The notes beneath the pieces are model-generated. The model saw only the letters and a list, made by a program, of their open reading frames with translations. It was not told where the DNA came from and did no database searches. A DNA stretch of 63,137 nt, the filler included, from Reclinomonas americana ATCC 50394 (taxonomy: Eukaryota), in NCBI GenBank assembly GCA_048213135.1. It is 5 parts of 2 records of this genome, joined end to end, with 100 filler letters (N's around TTAATTAATTAA, not from the genome) between each part and the next. Parts side by side here need not be neighbours in the genome. Positions count along the whole stretch, not along the records: positions 13,128 to 32,851 come from PS015573.1; 4 more parts are not named here. One strand, given 5' to 3'. The position numbers and the translations under genes are program-made. Below, piece by piece: positions 15,455 through 29,500 of the stretch. The first letter of the stretch is position 1. Every line of letters starts with the position of its first letter.

Positions 15455-18400
15455 ATGGCAAGTAGGAGTGGAGCTCCGCGTGAGTTTCGTTTCTCTCGTC
15501 ATGTTTGTCACATTCGAGAATCAATCACTCCCACACAAGCACTGATTCGCCATCCAATACGCTGCGATAGTTTTCCTGATGATGAAGAATGCATGATGCG
15601 CATCCCCAAAGCGCTGTCTCGTCCATGCACCCGCGCTCTGCAATCCAAACTCGAGCAAGTGCTGCCGGCGTTTCTCGATTCGTATCCCGGCGTGAATCAC
15701 GTCGCCGAGTGGTGCAAGGCGCCGAGTGAGCGTGATGTGCGGTGAGTGTGTGCGGGGTGGATGTGGAAGCACACGAATGGCAAGATGCAGATTGAAGTTG
15801 TGAATGAGGTAGGAAGAGAGAAGATTGCCGCAAGCAAGTGGCAGATAGTTACACACTGGTCATCCCTTCTTCCCCTTTCTCGCACTCTTCATTGTCTCAC
15901 CACAGCATCTCCACATTCTATCCCAATGATTGCCCCCTCTTTCCTGTCACACACATTCCCTCACTCACCAGCATCCTCTCTTTCTTTGTGCCTTTCCCAC
16001 ACACAGCACCATGCCAGACGGAGTGGGCATGTGTGTCCAGTTGAACGAGAAGGAGTGCCAGCTGGTACTCGAGTGGCATCAGCGAGGCCAGCTGCACGAC
16101 TGCAGTTCGTTTGGTGCGATGCTGTGCTGCTCGATCCTGCTGTTGGCGGGTCACCGAGAGCACCCGAGAGAAGAGCCAGATCGTCTGATTCCAGCTGGCG
16201 ATGTGGTGAGTGTGTGAGCAGGAGAAGGAGAAGGAAGGAGTGTGATCTCTCTTTGTGTAATTATACCTCTCACTCTTTCATTGTCACAGCGCAATGCGAT
16301 TGAGCGAATGAGGGAGGTGTTTGAGCAAGCGAGTCCCGCACGAGCTCGTGCACTCTTTGTGCCTCTCCTCGGTGACGGAGGAGAAGGAGAGGGCGAATTG
16401 CACCGGCTTGTGCGGCGACTGCAGATTGGCAGGGATGTGGAGGAGGAGCTGGTCGTGCAGCTGAACGAGGCTCGTGATGGTGAGTGACGAGAGAGAGATG
16501 GCTGGTGCTTGTGTGGATGATTTGATTGACTGTGGAAGCTGATGCTGTCTGGATTTGTGTGCGTGCAGGCGCACTGAGTCGAGCAGACCAGTCGTTGCTG
16601 CTGGGACACATGGAGCAAGTTGAGTGCATATGCATGAAGAGACGGTCTCTTGCAGATGGCTCTTTGTTTCTCAATTGCATGTCATCGATCAGGTAGTGCA
16701 GGCGACAATGCGTACAGAAATGGAGCTCATGCGACAGCGGCTTGACACAATCAACATCACGCCTCCTTCTTCTCCTCCAGCAGCAGGTGCGTTCCATGAT
16801 GGATCTGCAAGTAATCTGCATTGCTGGGCTTACCCTCACTCTCTTTGTATCACACAGCACCAGACAGCAGCCATCTGCCCAAGGCACTCCTCATCGCCCG
16901 CACAGTCAATCCAGTGACCACATTCCGCTTCCCAAGTCGGCGTGCACTGGCCGCCTCGCTCGCCACACGCATTGTGGATGCTGTGGAAGGTTGGGTGTTC
17001 CTTCGCTTTCCCCCTTCCTTCTCCACACATTTGTCTGTCTCATCGTGTTGTCTTGTGGTGGATGATTCTTGCGCAGCCCATCAGCCAATCATTGTGGCGC
17101 TGACGGGCGATGGTGGCACTGGCAAGTCATTCCTGGCGGAGCTGCTGGTGACCGAGTTGCAGGCGACGCGTCGGTGGAAGGGATCGGCCGTATCAGTGGA
17201 GATGCGCGGCCATGTGGGTGATGCGAGGGAGCATGTGAAGGTGTGCTGAGGGATCATTCATGTCGTCTTTCTTGTGTCATCCCCTTCTGCTATCATTCTG
17301 ACTCTCTCTCTCTCTCTCTCTCTCTGTGCCACATGTTGCAGGCGGAGAGTGCTCTGGGCGAGTGTCTGCGTGCGTTTGTGACGGCACAGATGCGAGTGGA
17401 CGAAGTGGAGGGACGCAGGATGGCTGGTCAGGTGGATGCGCTTCTGGCGAGTGGCGAGGTGGAGCCAGCTTGTCGACTGCTGCGACAGCTGATGCACGCA
17501 TCGAGTGGCGTGATGGTGCTGGACAATGTGGGATCGGCGGAGCAAGTGAGGAGTGTTGTTCAATGTGCTGATGAGGGTGCGTGTGTCATGAGATAGAATT
17601 TTCTCATCCTTGCTTGGATGTTGGATCCTGACTCGATGTGCATCATGCGTGTGCGTCTGTGTGCAGGCGGAATGGTGGCACCGATTGTGGTGGTGACGAG
17701 TCGATATGGACGAGTGGCGGATGAGATTCGTGACTCGATGATGCACCAGACGGAGGTGGAGTGTGTGCGAGTGGAGAATGTGGAGAACGAGGACATTGTA
17801 CAGCTGGTGGAGGAGCGACTTCGCGGCATAGTGTCGGTGGATGTGCGACGACGGATCGTGGAGGCGCTGGATGGTGGACAGCAGGAGAAGAGTGCACTAC
17901 GAGTTAGTGCTTGTGTTGGGTGAGTGAGTGAGTGAGAGTGAGTGCATGGCGCGGATGAGAAGACTCACGCTTCTCTTCTCTTCTCTTCTCTTGGCATGCA
18001 GCTGGTTGCTGTCACAATCACCTGCGCAGCTGGTGGGTGCACGATTGGAGGAGGTGCTGAGTCGCATTGGTGGCGATGCACTATCGCAGCTGCTGGAACG
18101 CAATGTGATGGCACAGACAGCAGCCGCACGTCGTCTATTGGTGCTGATCACGGCATGCAAGGAACTCGGCTTGCCAGTGACAGTGGCACTCGCACGAGTG
18201 GCACTGGGTGTGCTGCGTGTGATTCCCGATATGACCACCTCTGTGAGTGTGGATGAAGATGAAGTGGCGGCAGTTCGACTGGTGGAGTTGGGTCAGTGTG
18301 TGCGTCGACTGCGACTGCATGCGATGGCTAAGGAGAGACGACGACGGGCACCCGAGGTGGTGGGTGAGCGACTGCAGTTTGACGAGATGAGTGCTGAGGA

Positions 18401-19201
18401 GGAGCAGCGAGTGCGTGCACGGCGTAATGAGTTGGTGGGTGCTGGCGGTGACGATGGAGTGGAGGATGTGCTGGAGGGTCTGTGCATGTCGAATCTGGTG
18501 ACAGTGGGTGTTAGTGGCAGCATGGATTGTGTGGCTCGTGTGCTGTGTGGTGAGCAAGTGAGAGGGGATGGTAACGTGGCGGTGGAGTATCGAGTGCACG
18601 ATGAGATTGCCGGATGGATTGTGGGGCGGTGTGGAGATGCAGTGTCACGAGCGCAGCGACTGATTGTGCGACTTGTGTGTTGTGTGCTGAGTGGCATTGA
18701 TTCACAGAATGACAGTGATGGTGTTTTGCTGGTGTCGCGTGACTTGCTTGGCGTGCTTCACGCAGTGTGGCGACGGTTGGGTGAAGATGATGCCATGTGG
18801 ACAAAAGACGGCGTTGGTGTCAACGGATTGTTGGCGCAGTGCAAAGCTGTTAAGTGGATCTGTGAACTTTGTAACAGATGGCGACTGCCGTCACGTGGGT
18901 TTGACCATTCAGTGGCCATGTCGCTTGTGCAACGCGTGACACTGTGCCGAGAACTTGGAGATGGCACTGTCGAATCGTGTCCTGTGCGTCGACGGTTTGC
19001 AATTGTGGTGGCCAAGTGTCGCTGTTGGTTGTTGTTCATGCTTCGCTTGGCGAGTGAATCTCGATCACAATGGCAGCAGGCGTGGCGTTTGTGCGAGGAA
19101 TGGGAGAGAGATTGCAGTGGCGGATTGACTGTGCTGGATTGGATTGACGCTTTTCGCTGCTTGATGTGGTTCGCTTTCTATTCAGGCGATCTGCCACTGC
19201 T
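15455..19201 (+). CDS. NB-ARC/STAND-class P-loop NTPase, 3' end lost in gap
   Basis: Walker A IVALTGDGGTGKS (~17090), Walker B GVMVLDNV (~17507), sensor VVVTSR (~17687), MHD-like YRVHDEI (~18590). Exon structure only partly resolved. Confidence 0.65.
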
Positions 19202-19702
19202 NNNNNNNNNNNNNNNNNNNNNNNNNNNNNNNNNNNNNNNNNNNNNNNNNNNNNNNNNNNNNNNNNNNNNNNNNNNNNNNNNNNNNNNNNNNNNNNNNNN
19301 NNNNNNNNNNNNNNNNNNNNNNNNNNNNNNNNNNNNNNNNNNNNNNNNNNNNNNNNNNNNNNNNNNNNNNNNNNNNNNNNNNNNNNNNNNNNNNNNNNNN
19401 NNNNNNCGGGCATATGGTCGCCGTCGCCACTGCCGGCAACACCACCACCACCGCCACCACCACCGCAGCTGTCCATGTACGCACCACTGGCTGCCGCCTC
19501 TCCCACCGGAGGAGGCGTCGGAGCACGATCGCCACGACGAGTGCGTCTCACCGAGCCCATCCCACCACCCTTTGCTGTGCACAGATGAGCAGCCAGTGAA
19601 ATATTACACGAATTTGTTTTTACCAACCAGCCGCAAACAAGGGACGGGAAAGGGGAGGGGAGGGAAGGAGAAGAGGATAAATACAACAGTGGGGGCGATT
19701 GC

Positions 19703-20810
19703 TCATTCTGCATGAGGACGCGGTGTGGCTGTTGCTGCCACGCGCGGATGCCGGTAAGAGGCGCCCCATCGCACCCAGGCGAGTCCACGGACCACCAGAT
19801 TCAGGAACCACGTGACAAACACCACAAAGAGCACAAAGAGCCAGAACTGCTTGTTGGACATGCGGTCGAGGAACGGGTACGGGAAGTGCACGTCCAAGTA
19901 ATACCTGTGCGCGTGTCAGTTGCGAGACGGCGGCAGAGGGTGGAGAGTGTGCGGAAAAAACGACGCAACATGTACTGCAGCCACAGCGAGTAGATGAAGA
20001 CGAACAGGGCACCGACTCGGAGATCATCCCGAACGCGGTTCCACTTGTGTCGCACCAGCACTGTTTCACCAATGACGGCCAGCGCCACAAACGAGTGGAT
20101 CATGTTGTTGAGGAGCCACGGTACTCGCTTGAACGCCTCCTCGGTCGGGTACAGCAGCGTAGGCGACACCAGCAGCATGCCTATATATCATGCATGAGTG
20201 TATGCTGCGAAGTGTACATCATGTGTGATCTCGGACACGCGCGCGACACACAGACCCCAGTACATGACAGCGACAAAGAAGCCGACGGGAGCGATCAGTG
20301 AGCGGAACAACACGTCCAGCCACCGCGCATGCGACAACGTCACGGCCTCGGCAGCAGCACTGCCGCGTCGCACTCGATACCACAACTCACGAACGTTGGT
20401 CGCCGTGGCAATCACAAAAAACGCCGCCTCCATGTACTGTGCGTGCGTACGTGCGTGCATGTGAGTGAACAGCACACTCTCCTCTTGTGCGCTGTGCGTG
20501 TCATACCATGTTCCAGGTGGTGAGGAAGCGAGCGGAACCGTACGTGCCCCATCTGCCATAACGGACTTGAGATCAAGATTCGCACACACACAGTCACGCA
20601 CACACAGTCACGCACACACGGAGGCACACACATGGAGACACACACTCTCCTGCGCCCACTGATATGGAGAGAGCGAGAGAACAGGTGACTTGCTGATCAT
20701 GAGGCACGCAACAGTGAACCTGGCAAGCGTGCCGCGTGCATGGAAACGAGGCCGACGATAAACATTGCCGCCATGGCGGTGTGGTATGTGAGCGTGAGAA
20801 GCCAGTGCAT
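19703..20810 (-). CDS. FAR-17a/AIG1-like (AIG1/ADTRP family) multipass membrane protein
   Basis: Several TM helices; APVGFFVAVMYWGL, PWLLNNMIHS, YSLWL, FPYPFLD family motifs. Confidence 0.75.
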
Positions 20811-21087
20811 GGTTCCGATGCGCGGCACTTTGCCACTCTCTTCCTCACGCAGTGTTGTTATGTGATGGCGACGGAAAGACTGATTGACTGACTGACGGAA
20901 GAAAATCGTTTTACGACTGCATGCCCCCCTCACTCTTGCAAGGAGAGGGATGCCTTCGCTTCTATAACACGTACATACACACACACATGCACTTATACAC
21001 GGACGGGGGAGAGGAAAGAATAAGAAGCCAACAACCAAAACAAAAACGACGAAATACAACATGGATGAATGAATGGTACAGGCGATG

Positions 21088-24000
21088 CTACCGCTGGTTG
21101 GCGTAGTACGACTCCTGGTTGTGCTGAATGATCTGCTGCAGCTTCCGTACGGCGCCGTCCTCCAGTCGGTACCGGATGCCGAAGCGCTGCGCCAGCGATC
21201 CGGCGGACGCACCCTCCCGCACGCGCAGCTTGGCGGTGCGTCCGTCGCCCACATCAATGTCCAGGAAGAATAGCGTCTTACCGCGCGCGCTGTTGGTGGC
21301 CGACGAGGCGCCGGAACGCGGCGACATGTTGGCCGACATTGGCATGCGTGGTGACGTGCCGGTGCTGTCGCCACCACCCGGACGCAATGCCGACAGTCCG
21401 AGCAGTGGTACGCGCGGTGGCACCGGTGGCGGAGCAGAGGATGACGATGCTCCTCGCGAATCATTGGCGCTAATCGGCTCCACCGCATCGCCGTCGTCGT
21501 CCGCGTAGAATCCCCCAGCATCGTCATCGTCGTGGTCACCACTCGCCAGCCACGCATCTCCGCCGTCCTCCGTGTCGGCAAACTCGTCTTGGTGCAGCAA
21601 CCGTTGCCGACCTGTGGTCATAAAAGTGAGATGGTGGTGGTGCATCACATGCGTGCGGGAGTGTGGCAGGTGACCAACCTCGTTCCTTGGACTCGCGAAG
21701 ATAGTACGCCAGCAGCTGCTCCTTGATCTTGTGCACAATCTCGTCGACCTTGGACTTGCGCAGCGAGAACGTGTGAACAAAATTGCGCGCCAGTACTTGC
21801 GGATCGTCGCCCTTGCGCACGGCCAAAGTTCCAAACTGTCGCAACGTGTGAGCCAGTGGTGATTTGCAGATGCCATCACCATGTACAAGAAAACACTCAC
21901 CTTTCCGTGCCCAATGTCAATGTGCAGCTTGATCAGTGCGTCATTGACGCGCACCGCCCGCAACTCGGTCTCGAACTTGAACGGCTTCGGATCGCACACT
22001 TTTCTGTAGCCATCATCGCGTCCATTGCCAATCGCCGGAGCAGAGTAGGCTGCAAATACAAGTCAGCACACATAATCATGCAATCCAAGCTTTCCAGGTT
22101 CACGGCAAGCACGCAACGTCGCTCTCGGCCAGCAGAAGAGTCGCGAGCACTGGTGGGCGGAGTCGCGGTGAAATCCTTGACTCGCGCCGCAATGATTTGT
22201 GCCAGTCGACCCGTGTATGCCGAATCCAGTCGGAACGCGCGCACAAACATGGCCGCAAGCTCATTGGCATCGTCGCCATCGCGCACACCGATTTGACCGA
22301 CTCGACCGTCGCCCAACTCAATGTCAATGAGGATCTGTTGGCGTGCGTGTAATGTTACAACACATAATCCAAGAGAATCACAGTGCACAGAAGAAGTGCT
22401 CACCTGTGGTGGTCCGCGCTCCGTGGCCGACGAGGAGACCGTGCCTGATGGTGCCGTCGAGTGGTGGTGTGGCTGTTGGTGCTGCTGGTGGTGATGCTGT
22501 TGCGAATGTGGCCGCTGATTATCGGTTGGCGGCGGTGAATTCGCTGGCAGCAGGTTCGACGGGGGCGACGGGACCGTGAGGAGTGTCTTGTGGAAGGGCC
22601 GTATGCGACCGGAGCGCGGATCCATTTCGGTGACCACTTTTGACGGTGGCGATGTGCCAGGTCTGTGTGCGGAGAGTGCGGTGAGCAAAAAGAAAAAGGG
22701 CAGCGAATGAGAGAGAGGGAGAGAGGCGCACTTGTACAGGCGTGCCGAGGACGTCTTGATGACGCTCGTCTCAATGACTGGCACCACGTCGCCGTCACGC
22801 GTGTGTTTGTATTCCTTTAGCCGCGGCGAAGAGAGTTGCAGGCTGCCGCTGTTGCCGTTGCTGGCCCGTAACCTCGGCGACAGAGAGGCTGTGTGAAAAT
22901 GGTGAGCCATGCACGGGAAGAGGAACACAGGTGAGAGGGTGAAATGAGACGCAACGATTCGATGATCGGAAGGCTCGTCGCGGAGAGACATTAGGAGACG
23001 ACAGAGTCTTGGGTGCAGGCGGGGGTGGAGGTGGCGCCAGCGAGTGTGACGTGGGCGGCGGCAGCGTGCTCTTCATGTACTCCAGCTGGCTCTTCAGCTG
23101 CGCGTACCGATCCGAGATGGTGCTGGCTGGCGACGGTGCTTGTGACGACAGGAGGGAGAACTGGTTGTTGCACGTACGAACGTGAGCAACACAGTCGTAA
23201 CACGGGGGGAGAATGAGTGGCGACACGCAACTTGCCCTCCGTACTGCTGTGGAGGAGCCTGCAGAAGCGCACTCATGGCGTGCGACACACCGACTCCAGA
23301 GCTGCCGGCACTGTGACCATTGGTCGCCCCCGAAGAGTAGCCGCCGCTGCTGCCTCCTCCATTCGGCACGGCCGCCATTGACGGCGCGGACGACGACGAC
23401 GACGACATTCCACCATTGACAGTACGCGGCTTGCCACCACGGCGCTTCAACAGATGCACAGCGCGAATGCGCAGAATACGCAGCGTCAGCGCAACGTTGG
23501 TGCCATCCTGGCACGACACCTCCATGAAAAAGAGGCCACGCGACGTCGCAAACTGCTCGGCCTCCTTGATGGTCACCGAACGCTCACTGCCCCGATCGCT
23601 GTGCGTGCCCACGAGAATCACCACCATCGAGTCGCCACACAATCGCCGAACCTCGCCCAACCATCTGCGCGTGGCGTGGACGGAGTGAGCTCGTCAACAA
23701 CGACACATCTCTCTACATGCGTGCGTGTGCGTAACGTTGAGGTGGCCGAGTCAAACGACGAGTGCTTTGTCACATCATAGGCAATCATCACAAAGTCGGC
23801 GTCGCTGTACACGCTGCGACGGAGAAGAAGCGTGTCAACAACACAACACCCTCAACATCTTCTCTTTTTCCAAAACAACAACCAACCTCTGTCGTGTGGC
23901 CACCGACGAAGAGCCGCCCACATCCGTCACTCGCACAGTGATGAGAGGGTCGTCGCCTTGCAAGGTGAACGACGACAGCACAGGCTCGGTCGTGGCTGTT

Positions 24001-24494
24001 ATTGCACTCGACAATCAGAGAGATGTTGTTTGTCACAAAGAGAGAGTGAGTGAAAGTGAGACGCAACGCGTGTGCTGCGTTGGCACTGCGGACCCAGTGA
24101 AGCGAGCCACCAGTGCCGATTTCCCTGTGTGTGCGTGTGTGAGTAATGAGAGAGCGGTCCATGCGTGGGACCAGTTACAAGCATATCGGGTCCGGTTCAC
24201 ACGCTCTCTCTTCCACGCACACACTCATGCACGCGCGACGGAACACGTGCACACATGCGAGGAGAACAGGAGAGAGCGAGAGAAACGCGCGCGCGGGGTG
24301 GCGGGCGAGAGGGCCATGGCGAGACAGGGAGATTGCCTGACCCGCGCCCGTGACTCGCGCGACACACACAAAGTCGCGTCCGCCTCTCCGCACTCAGGTC
24401 TGTGTGTCTATGTGCGAGCGTGCGTGCGTGTGTGCAACTCACCGACACCAGTGTCGCCAACCACGACGAGGTTGACCCGCTCCGAACCAGTCAT
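21088..24494 (-). CDS. Atypical Rab-like small GTPase domain, low-complexity linker, three PFU-like repeats
   Basis: VVVGDTGVGKSAL (G1), TDVGGS (G3), IAYDVT..SF, ILVGTHSD (G4), FFMEVSC (G5); three C-terminal ~55-aa repeats of the IDI-GDG..L-VR-GD....LA..F...F-L type. Confidence 0.8.
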
Positions 24495-24580
24495 TCTTAT
24501 CTGTGTGGTTTGGTATTTGTTGATCGGCGGAATATGGAATCTTCAATCTTCCTAATCCTCCCGTCCCCTCCTCTTCTTGC

Positions 24581-26441
24581 TCATTCAACCTTGCTCTTGA
24601 CGCCACCGTGCGCCTCTTCCCGCTCCTCGTCGTCGTCGACATCGTCGGCGGGCGATTTGCCGCGGCGAGCAGCGATCTCTTCGGCTCGGCGATTGCGCAG
24701 GGCATCGCTGCCACCGGCGCGGTGCTGCTGCTGCACGCGGTTCCAGTACTCTACAAACTCCCACTGTGTCGTTGTTTTTCGCACGCGCAGTTAGGAACTA
24801 TTATACAAACAAGGACATTCTCTGTTGGTTATTATTACTGCGCACCTTGACATCGGCGCCGAGCGATAACTCGATCATGCCCGAGTGGTCGCAGATACGC
24901 TTGCGCACGTCGCTCATCCACTGTCGCACCTGGTTGTCCACAAAGGCGCCGGCATCGGCGGAGCTGTCGGAGCCGGAGGGTGCCGACGAGGAGCTGCATT
25001 GCGCGAGTGAGAGAAAAAGGGGCGGTGGCATGTAAGTGAAAGCTGGCCGGCGACGCAACTCGCGCCACAAGACGTCGTTGGGGTGCTTCTTGCGTTGCGC
25101 ATCGCGGAACTCTTGGAACGACGGGAGATCGACCACGCGCAGCACGTTGAGCGAGTTGTGCAGCTGCGACGCCATGTTGAACACGTGCGCAAACGGCGAG
25201 CCGACGGTGAACGACGGGCTGAACTCGTCGTACGTGTACTGGAAGATGCAGACGTGCACACGCGACACGTGCTCGAGAATGTGCTGGAACATGTCCCTGA
25301 ACTGCAGCACGCCTTGCCCGTTGGTCGTCGTTCCCTGCGTGCGAACGTGAGTGCAGTGACAGAGCACGGAACTCGTGCCATCCGCCAGCACACACCTCGG
25401 GGAACACCACCACCGGACCGAGACCGCGTGTGCGGGCCATCTTGACGAGCTCACGAAGCGGCATGCACTGCATGTAATGGAAGAGTCAATTCCACTCACT
25501 CTCTCTCTCCTCCACCCTCTCCCACTCTCAGCGACTCACATCGGCGGCCAGGTGCTGCTTGGGGAACATGCACTCTCGCACTGCACTGATCGTCTGGCAC
25601 GGATACACCCATCCCTGGCAATCGCTGCCGCGGTGAGCGACAAACACCGCTTCGTGTCCACACAGGACTCACCTCCGTCAACCCCGGCGTGGGCGTCGGC
25701 ACCATGGCAAACACGGGCGCGTAGCGGAAGCCCAGATAGAGAATGTCCACGTACGAGATGTGATTGCAGAGGAGAATGTCACCGTGCGCCAGGTCCAAGC
25801 CCGCGCGCTGGGAGAACGAGAAGGGCGGACTGCACACACCCACACGTGTCACTTCCGATTGAACAGCGACCCTTTCCTACGCGGGTGTGCACACGCAACG
25901 AGGTGTACAGCTCGTCTGAGCGCTGTCGCGAGTTGATCCAGAAGTAGCCGAGAAGGAAGAGAATCGCGCGGCAGTGCAACGTGTGCGCGTAGCGTTGCAG
26001 GAGTCGTCGGATCACAGACACAGGAACCTGCACAGCATCATCAGCTCTCTCTGCGTGTATGTGTATGTGCGTGTGTGTGCGCACAAGCACTCACCAGTGT
26101 GAACAGTGCGGTGCTGCCAATCAGGGAGAGGCAGATGGCGGCGAGTAGAATGCATCGCACCACGCCCAGCAGTCGACCAAGCACATGTCGCTTGAGGGCC
26201 AACACAATGCGCACTGGCACACCGTGTGGCTTGTTCTTGGCCTGAGAGCGAGCGAGTGAGGAGGAGTGAGTGAGCGCGTGTGTGTGAGTGTGGGGCAAGA
26301 AACAGGGACCTTTGGTGGCACGAATGGCATGATGCCTGTCCGCTTGTCTTCGAACTGCGTGTGTGCATGGTGAGTGAGGAGTGGTACTGCAGAGGTGGGG
26401 GAGAACCCTGCTGGTTGGTGAACCTTGCGATACTTCTCCAT
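24581..26441 (-). CDS. Lysophospholipid acyltransferase, Loa1/Vps66-like
   Basis: MEKYRK|FEDKRTGIMPFVP N-terminus, NHISYVD (HX4D), VVFPE|GTTTNG. Confidence 0.85.
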
Positions 26442-26514
26442 GTCGCAACCAAGTTGTCTATCACGGTTGATGGGACGAGGACGGATGCGAGACAACAGAC
26501 TTTTTTCACTGCTT

Positions 26515-29500
26515 TCAACTACGGTACAGGGATCCTACAAACGGTTGCTGTGGTACAATGGTCGGAGCCTGCACATTAGATGTGAGTGACGGGAGAAGGA
26601 AGAGAAACAGCAAAGTGGGACGCACTAGTGGTGGGGGAGCGGCGGTGGGTTGTACAGGTGCGCCGACTGCCATGAGGCCTCGCTGCGGCAGGCGCGGGGT
26701 GGAGGTATTGGTGGATGACGGTGGTCTCCTCAATGCAGCAGCGCGGTTGCTCGCTTCCGCACTCTTCGTGCGGACGTGCTGCACCGAGGCAGCGGCAGCG
26801 GCAGCACTTGGACCGGGCGGTGGGCCGGATGCTGCAATCACTGGCAAGTCAGCCCACACCGCCAGCAACCACAGCAACACAACACACTCTCCACAAACCT
26901 AGAGCAGGGGAGCGATTGTACAATTTGGGTTGGCTTCTGCAGAACATCGACAAAGGGTGAATTCGTCGACACTGCGAGTTGGCACGACGAGGGGGGATTA
27001 CTCACCCAGTGCCCTTGACCAGTGGTGGTTGTGCACCACCGGGTTGCGCGCGGACACCCACTGACATTTGCGTGCCAGTGATGCCGTTGCCGATACCCAG
27101 ACCGGGCGCCAGCAGATTCGAAGCGCCAGCCATGTCGGCTGCGACGCTGTTCACGCCGTTGGTCACCTGCAGCTGCAAGGCCGAGTCTCCAATGCTACCG
27201 GTGCTGGCGGAACGCGCGAGTGCAGTAGAGCTGTCCACACCCAGACCATTGCTGGTGCCCACCGACGTCTTGTTGAGACCCGAGCCGTACGAGTTCTGTG
27301 CCACCAACTGAACGTGCATGGGCATGCCACTGGACGACTCGAGCGGCAAATGCTGCTGCTGTTGCTGCTGTTGTTGCATCTGCTGTTGTTGCTGCTGCTG
27401 TTGCATCATGATCTGCTGCTGCAAAATTTGCTGCTGCTGCTGTTGCTGCATCTGCAACATCGCTAATTGCTGTTGCTGCTGCTGTTGAATCAACTGCTGT
27501 TGCTGTTGTTGCAGAATGGTCTGCGCCGTTGGCCCCTGCTGCATGCCATTGGGTTGTTGCGCGGCCAGGTACACCACCTGCTGCGCCACCATTTGCTGCT
27601 GCTGTTGAATGTACGCGTACTGCTGCGGGTCGGTAGGTTGTCCGGAGATGGTGCTCACGCCCACGTACTGGCCAGCACCGGCACGATCCGTGTACACGTT
27701 CGGGTGCATGTGCGTGTGTTCTTGCGAGAAGAACATGTCCACACGCATGCGCTCCTCCGGTGTCACCTCCTTGCCGTCAATGACTCGCACATTGGCCAGC
27801 CTGCACATGCAGTGAGGACAGAGATCGCACAACGAGCCCGCCAACAACAACAACATCAGCGACTGGACCTTCTGATGAGGTGCGGTCGGTACATCGGTTT
27901 CCGACTGACAGGGTTGAAGGCCATGACAATCTCCAACACTTGCGTCAGCGGCATGAGTTTCTGCAGGCATGCACAGTGTGAGTCAACAGATTCACGCTGT
28001 CGATGGGCACACATGCACGACACACCTCCAGTTCGCTGAGTTCCGAGATGCGATTGAATGCCAAGAACAGACTCCGCACGCTAATTAGGGGATTGAGGTG
28101 GTCGAGCGTGCGCAAGCTGTTCTCTCTGTTGTGCACGGGCGGGTGAGACACTGTGTGCGTGAGAGAGCGTTCACCAAGACACGCGGCAGCACGCAACTCC
28201 AAGTGCAGCTCCTCCAGATTGACCAGCGATCGCAGCGAGGTCTCGTCGAGCTGCCGAATCTTGTTCTTATCAAGGGCGAGCTCGCGGAGGCCGACGAGGC
28301 CGTCCAACCCGTCGACCTTCACCAGGGCATTGCCCTGTAGTGAGAGCGAGCGCAGATTGCGGCAGTTCTGTAACCGGAAGGGCGACAACCCGCTGATCTG
28401 GTTGAAGCCGAGCTGCAGCACCTGCAGGTTCACGAGGCGCTCCAGTGAAAACTGGTCCTCCACCATTTGCGCGGTCAGCGACGGCGGCAACGCGATCTTG
28501 TTGTGGTTGGCGGAGAACAGGCACAGCGATGTGATGCGATTCACACCCCGCAAGTCCACCATCACGTTGTGGTCGAGGTTCAGCTCTCGCAAGTTGACAA
28601 ACGACGACAGCAGCGAGGCATCGCGAACACCACAATGTGACAGATTGAGCTCGGTGATGCCTGTTCATACACACACATATATCAGCACAGTACTTCCCCT
28701 TTCCCAGACAGCGCAGTGCACGCAACGTTCTGCCTCAAACCCAGGCCCCAGTCGCTCCGACAGCATCTCGGCCGTGATCTTCCCACTGAACTCTTCCTTG
28801 GCACGTGCCGTCTCTCGCGAGTCAATGCTGACGCCGTCGAGTACCTTTAGCCGCTTGAGGTGCCAGATGGCGAACAGACGGTACTCGGGATCCTGGGTCA
28901 GCGGATTGCCCCACAACTCCAGGATGATTAGCCGCGGCACCTCCTTCAGCAGCGCCAACTCGCGCACACTCTCGATGCGGTTGTTGCCCGCGTACAGCTC
29001 CATCAGCGACACACAGTGTTGCACGCCGTCGAGCGACCGCAGCTCATTGTCCTCCATCGACAGCACCAGCAGCGACGTCAACGACTCGAGGTTCTCGATT
29101 TTGTGAATCTGTAGCAAGAGACAGGTAAGACACCTACTACTGTGTTCGGCGGCGGTAGGCAACACACCTTGTTCTTGCCCAGATCAAGACGGCGAAGCGA
29201 GGTGAGGCTCTGCAGCCCCTCAATGCGACAGATACGATTGTCCTCCAGTGACAGCTCCTCCAGACGCGTGCACGCATCGAGACCCTCGATGCGACCAATC
29301 TCATTGTCAAACAAACTCAGCTTGCGCAGCGCAGTCAAACTGCACACACAGACAGAGAGAGAAGGCGATGAGGACTCACAAGATGCAGATGAGTAAGAAG
29401 GGAAGAAGGAGAGACGACGCACCGCTCCAAATTCTGAATCTTGCGAATGCGCATCCTCGACAACTCCAACTCCACCACACGCGAGAACCACGTCGAATCA

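Noticed and set aside
26545..26557. X-box (RFX)-like motif
   Set aside because: Imperfect, inside LRRC9 coding sequence and upstream of a non-ciliary gene.
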